Positions 6,970-15,069 of a DNA stretch of 64,000 nucleotides are shown one piece after another. Below the pieces are notes generated by a model that was given only the letters and a program-made list of their open reading frames with translations, made no database searches and had not been told where the DNA came from. The position numbers and the translations under genes are program-made. Each line of letters begins with the position of its first letter. The first letter of the stretch is position 1. This DNA comes from a virus. Location: IMG/VR virus record IMGVR_UViG_3300037461_000748, positions 32,001-96,000 of that record; one strand, given 5' to 3'.

Positions 6970-7947
6970 TTAATCCTCCAATTGCGCTTCCATCAAACAT
7001 CCTCTAGCTACAGCTGTTAATGGCTCATTAACTAGGCGGATATCTGATATTCGTAGTGGAAATTGTTTTTGTTGAAACTGGTCTTTAAATACTTCAATGA
7101 ACCCGTTAACCATTGAAGAGCCTCCAGCTAACACAATTGGTACTTCTCTTGGAAAATTAGGCATTTCACGAGATTCAAATTGTGTAGCAATGTTAGATAA
7201 TAGGTATCTTATTAAGGCTTCATAATAGCTCTTAATTGCCTGTTGTTCCCTAGTTCTTTCGACTTTAGAAGCAGGGTCAATGGTGTAGTTACTCTGTTCC
7301 TTAATACCTTGGGCACGCGCCTTCGGAATTCCACAGTCTCTAGACACATTATCATCAATCCAGTCTCCACCTTTAGCAACACTGAACTGTAATGCACTTA
7401 TGCCCATGTACATTATTGCAACATTACACATTCCTGCGCCCATACTCATTGCAATGCCCGTATACTCATCGCTCTTTAAACCTTCCATTCCCAGTGCTAC
7501 TGCTTCATTGATACTTCTAGCCTCGTATCCGAAGCTCTCGATGATATTTTTTAATACATCTGAATGGTAGTTTGTCTCTCGTTCTTGATCTAATGGATGC
7601 CCAGGAATACAATAAACAACTTTGTCTTGTGCTTCAGGTTTTTCTAGTAATCCACCTACGATCAACCGTAGGATTGGTAGAGCGTCTTGTTCTGTTGGAT
7701 TTAATAGACCCTGGGACATAGGACGTTTTAATTCAGCAGTTCCGAATACTTGGGCATATTCATAAGCTTTTCGACCTACGATGTGTAATCTATTATCTAT
7801 TTCAACAAATGGAACTTTTAGCAGTTTTAGTTGTTTAGTAGTTGTGACTTCTTTATTAACTGTTAAAAAAGCATTTCTTTGTAACCTTATGCCTTTCTGA
7901 TCGGCAACTACGAAATTGCCAGTACCGCAATCTAAACCTTTTGTCAT
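6970..7947 (-). CDS. Actin-like ATPase (MreB/MamK/ParM superfamily)
   Basis: Phosphate-1 GLDCGTGN, connect INEAVA, phosphate-2 SMGAGMCN, adenosine VLAGGSS, and EPLTAVARG. Confidence 0.85.
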   Translation of the reverse strand: MTKGLDCGTGNFVVADQKGIRLQRNAFLTVNKEVTTTKQLKLLKVPFVEIDNRLHIVGRKAYEYAQVFGTAELKRPMSQGLLNPTEQDALPILRLIVGGLLEKPEAQDKVVYCIPGHPLDQERETNYHSDVLKNIIESFGYEARSINEAVALGMEGLKSDEYTGIAMSMGAGMCNVAIMYMGISALQFSVAKGGDWIDDNVSRDCGIPKARAQGIKEQSNYTIDPASKVERTREQQAIKSYYEALIRYLLSNIATQFESREMPNFPREVPIVLAGGSSMVNGFIEVFKDQFQQKQFPLRISDIRLVNEPLTAVARGCLMEAQLED

Positions 7948-7953
7948 ATTAAT

Positions 7954-8295
7954 TTACTCTGATTTGTAATTCTCACCCTCTAAAGATATTTCTCCAACTT
8001 TAACATCTTTCCAAGGTTGAGTAGTTATTTTATCTATTTTTACTTCTTTGTCTTTCGCCTCTATTTTTTGAGTTTCCTCTTTAAATAAAGCATTTGTTCC
8101 TCCAGAAGTTATAATCTTAATGCTATCCTTTGGAACATTAATGACAACATTTCTCTTTTTAGTTAACCCATATAAGGCCAACAATAGTGTAGCCCAAATT
8201 TCGGGTTTGTAAGTTGTAGCAAATCCAAACATCGTTGTCATCACCATTGATGATAATATCAATGTTAGTACAGCGATAATTATCCAGACTTTCAT
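7954..8295 (-). CDS. Membrane protein with two N-terminal hydrophobic segments (holin candidate)
   Basis: Hydrophobic residues ~3-25 and 32-45, a charged tail, and location near lysis genes. Confidence 0.45.
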   Translation of the reverse strand: MKVWIIIAVLTLILSSMVMTTMFGFATTYKPEIWATLLLALYGLTKKRNVVINVPKDSIKIITSGGTNALFKEETQKIEAKDKEVKIDKITTQPWKDVKVGEISLEGENYKSE

Positions 8296-9371
8296 TTTAT
8301 CAGGTTCAACACTTCCCGTCTTACTGGCTTTGGTAGCGAAGCTAATACTTCTAAACCCTCTTCGCCCTTTAATTCTGCTATCACACTATTTCCCACGATG
8401 GGGGTAAGGTCTTCGTTCGATAATTTAACTAATTGTTCTTTTGTAACTCTCACATCATCGATAACTGCCCCGGCCTCTTTCTTAATATCCATTACAGCCA
8501 TTAATGGGTCTGCCAAGCCTCTTCCATAGTTAGAGGCTAGTCCTGTTTGTTTATCAACTACGTATAATGCTGCGGCAGTCTTATTAGGGCCAATTTCTGC
8601 AGATTTAATTAATAATTCATTATATAAACCTCTTTCTTCGTTCTGAGATTCTCTTAAGAAAGATAATCTCGATTCAATGTGATGTTTGAAATCATTTCTG
8701 AAATTTGTAGTATCAAGATTAGCATACTTATTAACACCTCTGTCAGAAAGATCCACTTTCAGCTCTTTTGCTGCTTTTGTAACGTTTAAAGCGTATTCAA
8801 GCTTTGTATTGGGTGAAAAGGAATTATGATAGGTGTCAAAATACTCAGCTGCCTTCTCAACCTCAAGTTTTGTATTTATAGGATATTCACCATCAGATGT
8901 AGCAAACCGCTTACTGGCCTTCTTAGTCTTACTTGCAAACTTAACAGAGTCTATCTGCCTCACATCTAATAAGTTCTCTATGAAAATATCAGATGCATAC
9001 TTTTCAAGTGCCGGAGGCACTTGTAAACCAAATCCTTTAGCAGCACAGGTAAGATTAGCTCCAGCAATTTTTACCACTTCTTCTGGAAGATTATCAGCGT
9101 TATTAGCTAATAGTGCCAGATTGATCTCGGTTACAGCTGGTTCGTTCATTGCGAACTTGTTAAATTTACCAATGGTTGGATGCCATAATACTATGCCAAA
9201 TTTATTTTCATCCATGTCCTGTGTTTCTTCCACCGTAGGTACATAAGCTTTCTTAGCGGCTTCTGACAAAGGTGCAACCACATCTGCTAGCTTTTCTAGA
9301 CTTTCATTTACAATGTAATCCACAACATCTAATGTTGAGCTAATAACACTGTTCATTAGAATATTCTCCAC
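8292..9371 (-). CDS. Putative head morphogenesis/structural protein
   Basis: 359 aa with repeated K-x-A motifs (LEKLA, VKIA, EKYA, KKEA) and a YPINT..EVEKAAEYF segment. Confidence 0.55.
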   Translation of the reverse strand: MENILMNSVISSTLDVVDYIVNESLEKLADVVAPLSEAAKKAYVPTVEETQDMDENKFGIVLWHPTIGKFNKFAMNEPAVTEINLALLANNADNLPEEVVKIAGANLTCAAKGFGLQVPPALEKYASDIFIENLLDVRQIDSVKFASKTKKASKRFATSDGEYPINTKLEVEKAAEYFDTYHNSFSPNTKLEYALNVTKAAKELKVDLSDRGVNKYANLDTTNFRNDFKHHIESRLSFLRESQNEERGLYNELLIKSAEIGPNKTAAALYVVDKQTGLASNYGRGLADPLMAVMDIKKEAGAVIDDVRVTKEQLVKLSNEDLTPIVGNSVIAELKGEEGLEVLASLPKPVRREVLNLIK

Positions 9372-9944
9372 TTAACTTTTATAATCTTGTAAAAATGAGT
9401 ATAATACATTTCCCGGGCAATTTTCTTTTCCAAAATCTTTGTGTCCAAAGACTTTGCTTTTATTAATAACCAGACCCTTAGTATGTTCTTCGTTTTCATT
9501 GTTTGTGTAAGCAAGTATTAATTTTTTTAAACTATTAACCTGCTCAGCTGTTGGTTCTTGTGAACCATTATAACTTGGCCCGGAAAAGTTACCTAATACT
9601 AAGATTCCAATTGAATTTGAATTTTGTCCCTTGCAGTGCCAAACAACACTAGTAAGAGAATTTACATTATAGACAATACCGTTCCTATCTATTACGTAAT
9701 GGTAACAAATATGAGGAGCGCCGGCATGACTAATATGATTATTAGGGCTTGGAGTAATATGATACGCATTAACATTTTTTAACGATCCTGTGCTGGCGGA
9801 TTGATGAATTATAATGCTGTCAATGTCGGTTAGTGACCTTGTAGACCAACGTCTATTAACATGCCAGGGTAAGACATTTATGTAATCTTTAACAATTACT
9901 ACATTTGTACTTTCCATTTTTCTACCAATTGTACTTTGTATCAT
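9372..9944 (-). CDS. N-acetylmuramoyl-L-alanine amidase (Amidase_2 endolysin)
   Basis: IIIHQS, YHYVIDRNG, WHCKGQNSNSIGI and GHKDF..ENCPG zinc-amidase motifs. The start may be 9917. Confidence 0.9.
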   Translation of the reverse strand: MIQSTIGRKMESTNVVIVKDYINVLPWHVNRRWSTRSLTDIDSIIIHQSASTGSLKNVNAYHITPSPNNHISHAGAPHICYHYVIDRNGIVYNVNSLTSVVWHCKGQNSNSIGILVLGNFSGPSYNGSQEPTAEQVNSLKKLILAYTNNENEEHTKGLVINKSKVFGHKDFGKENCPGNVLYSFLQDYKS

Positions 9945-9958
9945 ATTTTATAACGAAA

Positions 9959-10696
9959 TTATTTAATGAAATAAAGTGCTCCTATCTTGAAACCCTCTGT
10001 TCCATAGCCAGCAGCAAGTCCGTAATTTCCCATGCCTAAGATTCCGAAGCCGTCTATGGATTTAGTATTAGCCAATACACAGAAACCAATCTTTGTTTTT
10101 TCAAAAAAAGATCTCTTATAAGTTTGATATCTAGTGTCAATGTTTGTAATAAAGACTCCAGTATCTCTAGTATTTACAAATGTCTCCCATGTGCCATTTT
10201 TATTTTCAACAGTAGCTATTTCTAGTGCAATGTCCGCTTTAATAGTACGAAAGCTGATATCCCATGGATCATCTTTCATAAAATCTCCTGTAAGATGAAA
10301 CGGACCCTTTGCGATATCAAATAACCTAACACCGAATGTTTTCTGAGTGAGATAGTCTATTTTTAAGGAATCCTTTGTATGAACGTCTTTAATACTATCT
10401 TGTAACTGAGCAACTATTTCAGTGTAGTTTTTAATTTCAACATTTTTCTTGCTTAACAACTTTCCTAGGCGCTTATTCTCTATGCGAATTTCCTCAACTA
10501 AAGTTGTTAATTTCTTAACAGCCATGCTGTCAACTATTGTTACTGTATCTACTTTAGCTAATTCATTTTGGAGCCGCATTTGCTCTTTCTCTAATGAACT
10601 AACTTTGTAAGTATGGTAAACACTGCCCGCGATGAATAACACGAGCAGTGCTCCAATTAATGCCTTTAACAGGGTGTCTTTAAGACTTTTTTCCAT
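9959..10696 (-). CDS. Spanin-like membrane protein
   Basis: N-terminal TM helix, coiled coil and Gly/aromatic-rich C-terminal strands; adjacent to the endolysin. ATG 10696 preferred. Confidence 0.5.
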   Translation of the reverse strand: MEKSLKDTLLKALIGALLVLFIAGSVYHTYKVSSLEKEQMRLQNELAKVDTVTIVDSMAVKKLTTLVEEIRIENKRLGKLLSKKNVEIKNYTEIVAQLQDSIKDVHTKDSLKIDYLTQKTFGVRLFDIAKGPFHLTGDFMKDDPWDISFRTIKADIALEIATVENKNGTWETFVNTRDTGVFITNIDTRYQTYKRSFFEKTKIGFCVLANTKSIDGFGILGMGNYGLAAGYGTEGFKIGALYFIK

Positions 10697-10913
10697 CTTC
10701 AGCAGATTGCTCAACGATGTCTTCACTATCATCAGATAAGAGATCTCTCAATGCGGCTATCTGTCCTCTAGTGTAATCGTGTGCTTCTTTAGTTTGTCTA
10801 ATGGCCATACCTAGTTTATCAATTTGTTCTTGCCATTGTGCTACTTGCTGTTCACGGGCAGCCTGCTCTTCTGTTAATTTACCTAATTTCTCTTTAATTT
10901 TTATAAAGTTCAT
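10680..10913 (-). CDS. Small coiled-coil protein
   Basis: Heptad-rich 77 aa ORF directly after a promoter. Confidence 0.65.
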   Translation of the reverse strand: MNFIKIKEKLGKLTEEQAAREQQVAQWQEQIDKLGMAIRQTKEAHDYTRGQIAALRDLLSDDSEDIVEQSAEDGKKS

Positions 10914-10946
10914 AACTATAATTGGTTTTATGTAGATTGGGTTTTG

Positions 10947-10985
10947 TTATACTTATAATATAAACATTTTTATCATCAAATGCAA
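10947..10985 (-). promoter_or_regulatory. Sigma70-like promoter, TATATT class
   Basis: TTGCAT-17 nt-TATATT followed by ATAAGTATAA. Confidence 0.7.
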
Positions 10986-10992
10986 TATTTAA

Positions 10993-13900
10993 TTAGTTGC
11001 CAAACAGCCCTAATAATACTAAGTCATCAATAATTGCTTTGACAACGCCTTTTAATAAGTCGAAGTCTTGTCCAACTGCATTCAAACTTCTTGTTAACGA
11101 TGGACCAGTTGTGTTATAACCAGATCTCCGCGTAGTTGGAGTAACACTATAAAAACCTACGTTCGATCCAGTATGAGCTAAATTTGCTGCCCACGTTGTT
11201 GCCCCAGTGACAGTCAATGCTCCACCAACTGTAAGATTATTATCAATGGCAACATTTCCACTAGCGAACCTACCTGCATAGGCAGATGCTCCTCCGGTGG
11301 CTGTAGCATATAATCCATAAACTGTTCCAGTTCCGTTACTTGATGCTGCAATGCTTGAACCATATACATTATTAGCATTACTTGCTAAGGTGATACTCGC
11401 TGAAATCTGATCACCATATACTAGCCCGCTTCCAGCAGTAGTTGCGATAATTTTATCTCCAATGACTGTATCATTTGAACGAGGAGATGTAACTTGAGAT
11501 TCAATTTTAGATCCTCGTCTCTCATACACTGTTCCTGAGGTGTCTCCATCGATGATCTGTTTAAACCATACACACTCTGTATCAGACGTAGTATTAGTTG
11601 CATACATAGTTCCTATGAATGCACGATAACTATCCTCGTGTCTATTAACAACTCCTATGTCATATGGAGTCATTACCCCGGCACTCTCTTTAGCTGGGTC
11701 AGCGTTGTCCCTGGCGTAAAATACAGGAGAGTCTGGAGGAGTATTGTCCCTAGAACCATACATTACGATTCCAGGTTGAGATCCAAAGATTGCGTCATTT
11801 ATTTCGATAATTAAGTCATTCTGTGGATTATACCAGTATAAATTGCCGTTTAATCCATCTAATTCAATTCTTTGCCCACTAGTATCTCCAAAGTACGAAG
11901 TTCCATCTACATATAAATCCTCTTCAATATGAACCCGCCCATTTTCAAAATAACCTGCGTAAGCAATTCCGCTTCCAGTATGCTGGGCATTACCATGAAC
12001 TCCTATGGCGTAGTCAGTATTAGCTCCTCCCATGATAGCTCTTCCATACACCCCGGCTCTCTTCTTAAGCGATGTATCATTGTGACTAGATGAATAATAT
12101 CCATATACTCCCCGCGCTTCTGAGGAATCTGCGTAGGAAGTGGAACCGTATAATCCATAAGTTGTTCCTGAGGTGCCAGCAGCCGCAAAAATATGAGTAT
12201 TATAAATTCCAGTATATCCACCACCGCCACTAGAATCGTATGAATAAATCATACCTTTGTCAATGGCTATTCCAGGAAGTCCTCCAAAAACGCCATCATC
12301 TATCCATAATACCCTGTCACCGTTAGAGTCATAGAAATTTAATTGTCCGGAACTTCCACTGATAACAATTTGTTGTGCTCCATCAGTTCCACAATAAATA
12401 TCTCCAATGACCCTTAGTTCGTTTTCTAGAGTTACTACACCACTGGCAGTAATTTCGTATGCCTGTAAATTAGCAAGATCAGTAGTGCCAGTAGACGTTA
12501 GGTTTGTGCTAACGTCAAGAGTATCGATTGCAGCCGTAGTAATATTAACTATGCTTGATGTAGCCTGCATAATTGATGCTACAGTCAAATAGTTAGTAGT
12601 AATTGCCCCAATTGTGATATTAGCGCTTGATGCATTGAACTTATTAGTAACCGTTAAATCTCTAATTCTGGCAGTATTAGTGTAAGTGGCAGGAGTACCA
12701 TTATAAGAATACCATGTCTGATAAACTCCAAGGGGCCCTGTGGCCTGTAATTGATCATTATAATAGTCAAACGCAATTCCAGACGCCAACGTATTACCAG
12801 CAAATACTAATCTAGCAACATCAGTGCTAAAGATTCTCATACTATTAGCTACTCTTAAGTAATCTGGGTAATTGTTTGTATTATCTAACTTATTAGCACC
12901 AAAGGCTGCCCCACCAATGGTCACTACGCCATCTGATGTAATACCGGCCATTAGTCCACCTTCATCATAAACATCGTTTAAATCAATTGGCCAGCGAATG
13001 GTCTGTCCTTGGAAGTTATCAGAAGTGTACATCGTACCAATGTTCATCGAGGTAATACTCATGGTATCAGTGATGATGTTAGTTGCCGTAATATTTTCAA
13101 AGTTTGCATTTACACCATAGACATCCTCGTTGGTAGTGATATTCGCCGTTGCATGAATACTTCCTGCTACATCTAGTGTGTAAGCTGGCTCTGTTACGTC
13201 ATATAATCCAATTCTACCCTGGGAGTCTATTACGAATCGATACTTATCAGCAGCATAGTCATAGATTCCAAAACTTCCTTTACCTGTTGCAGAGTCTTCT
13301 GGAATAGAACCAACTACGATGTCATAGCGTCTTTGTCCTGGTCCTGTAGTATTAAATTTAATAGCTTTATTATGCTCTTCTTCTGTAATCTTAATTCCAC
13401 CATTTACAATGGTGAATTTATCTGTGGCAGAGTAATCGCCTAAAATTACACGCCCTTGAGAATCAATTACAAAATAGTTGTAATTAAATTCTCTGTCTTT
13501 ATCTATGCGAAGTGTTTGTGTTGCAGCATCCATCGCTAAGACAAAGGTATTAGGATTAGATACTCCAGCACTAAACATCAATGCGGAGTTATAACTCCCT
13601 GTATTAGGAATAGTTAGTTTTAACTGTGGACCAGTTGGATGTTTAATTTCTACATTTGTTCCAGAGTTATCAGTTCCAAAGGTAGCAGAATTAGCTGATA
13701 CGTCTATGAATAAGTCATTAGACACTGTTACGTCGTCACTTACAGTGACAGTACTAGTAAATGTAGAAGAACCATCAACACTTAAATTATTATCAAGGGT
13801 AAGATTTCCAGCAGCTACATCATTTAATGTAGATGCACCAGTAACATGTAATGTTCCAGTAATGTCAACTGTGTACGCCGGACTAGAATTTAATACTCCA

Positions 13901-15054
13901 AGGCGTCCTGGGGATTTCCAGGTTAGTTCCTTCCAAGATTTTGTCTCAGTACCGTCGGTTCTTGAACATACTCTTGCGATAATTTCCCCGGCTGTATCAT
14001 TCTGAATATAAAATTTAGTAGAATAATTCTCAGTGAATCCAATGGCACCCATCATATCATCATAAGTGTCAAAACTGGATTCATCTCCTTTATAAAAATC
14101 AACATAACCTACGCCTTGCGAAAATAATGTTGCGTCACTATCATGCAATCTTATAATTGGTGCTGTATCTTTAACATGTACTGCAGTAGTAGGAATATTA
14201 GTACCCTTTCCAAGTCTATAAGTAGAGTAATCTACCATTATAGTTGGTGTTGAGTCTGTAGCACCAGTAACATATAAATCGTCACCAATCTCTAATTTAG
14301 CATTTAATCTACGTGTTCCTATGGAATCTCTGTCTTTTAGTAAGACATACTGATCGTCTAAAATCTTGTAATTTAATAGAAATCTATTATATCGCCTAAC
14401 GTCTAACACCCCATCAACCGATGATCTACCATCAATGGTAAACGTAGTGATATCAAAAACAGGATTACTTGCGTGAGTCTTAACGATTGCAATTGCAATT
14501 TCGTCGGACGTAATATTAGCTGGATATAAAGTATCAAGATCTAATCCCGCACCTACCTCAGTAGTAATGTCCTGTACTCTGATTTCCCAACTATCAGACT
14601 GTACAGTATTCTTAGATGTGTAAGGTTCTGAGCCAGTTCGATCAAATAAGAACGCGTTCATAGCAGTTACAGGATCAGACCCTACCCAGTCATAATATAA
14701 CTTAACCAGGTAATATTTACTTGTAGTCATGCTATAAGATGCATTAGTTCTGGCTGAGCTATCATTAACACCAGTAAAGTTAACATGTTCTTTACTCTGG
14801 GTAATAGCAAAGCCTTTGTCAATGATCCACCCAGCATTACCGTTTGTCAATGTTAGTTTAAAGGACGTATCATTTGACGTAGGTTCGCCATTAACCATGT
14901 CAACAATGATGCCATAATAATAATTACTGCTAGAATCTAATTTAACTAGTCTATCAATTCTATTAGTTAAATTTTCTTCTTGCTGGGCCTGTAAGGTGTC
15001 AAACACTGTTTCTAACTTCTGAACAGACCCTGAAGGTACCTTAATTCGTTCCAT
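10993..15054 (-). CDS. Tail fibre protein
   Basis: 1353 aa with fibre-type repeats (RLGVLNSSPAYTVDITG, GRIGLYDVTEPAYTLDVAG, AYAGYFENG) and Gly/Thr/Ser-rich beta repeats. Confidence 0.8.
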   Translation of the reverse strand: MERIKVPSGSVQKLETVFDTLQAQQEENLTNRIDRLVKLDSSSNYYYGIIVDMVNGEPTSNDTSFKLTLTNGNAGWIIDKGFAITQSKEHVNFTGVNDSSARTNASYSMTTSKYYLVKLYYDWVGSDPVTAMNAFLFDRTGSEPYTSKNTVQSDSWEIRVQDITTEVGAGLDLDTLYPANITSDEIAIAIVKTHASNPVFDITTFTIDGRSSVDGVLDVRRYNRFLLNYKILDDQYVLLKDRDSIGTRRLNAKLEIGDDLYVTGATDSTPTIMVDYSTYRLGKGTNIPTTAVHVKDTAPIIRLHDSDATLFSQGVGYVDFYKGDESSFDTYDDMMGAIGFTENYSTKFYIQNDTAGEIIARVCSRTDGTETKSWKELTWKSPGRLGVLNSSPAYTVDITGTLHVTGASTLNDVAAGNLTLDNNLSVDGSSTFTSTVTVSDDVTVSNDLFIDVSANSATFGTDNSGTNVEIKHPTGPQLKLTIPNTGSYNSALMFSAGVSNPNTFVLAMDAATQTLRIDKDREFNYNYFVIDSQGRVILGDYSATDKFTIVNGGIKITEEEHNKAIKFNTTGPGQRRYDIVVGSIPEDSATGKGSFGIYDYAADKYRFVIDSQGRIGLYDVTEPAYTLDVAGSIHATANITTNEDVYGVNANFENITATNIITDTMSITSMNIGTMYTSDNFQGQTIRWPIDLNDVYDEGGLMAGITSDGVVTIGGAAFGANKLDNTNNYPDYLRVANSMRIFSTDVARLVFAGNTLASGIAFDYYNDQLQATGPLGVYQTWYSYNGTPATYTNTARIRDLTVTNKFNASSANITIGAITTNYLTVASIMQATSSIVNITTAAIDTLDVSTNLTSTGTTDLANLQAYEITASGVVTLENELRVIGDIYCGTDGAQQIVISGSSGQLNFYDSNGDRVLWIDDGVFGGLPGIAIDKGMIYSYDSSGGGGYTGIYNTHIFAAAGTSGTTYGLYGSTSYADSSEARGVYGYYSSSHNDTSLKKRAGVYGRAIMGGANTDYAIGVHGNAQHTGSGIAYAGYFENGRVHIEEDLYVDGTSYFGDTSGQRIELDGLNGNLYWYNPQNDLIIEINDAIFGSQPGIVMYGSRDNTPPDSPVFYARDNADPAKESAGVMTPYDIGVVNRHEDSYRAFIGTMYATNTTSDTECVWFKQIIDGDTSGTVYERRGSKIESQVTSPRSNDTVIGDKIIATTAGSGLVYGDQISASITLASNANNVYGSSIAASSNGTGTVYGLYATATGGASAYAGRFASGNVAIDNNLTVGGALTVTGATTWAANLAHTGSNVGFYSVTPTTRRSGYNTTGPSLTRSLNAVGQDFDLLKGVVKAIIDDLVLLGLFGN

Positions 15055-15069
15055 TTATATATCAACCTC

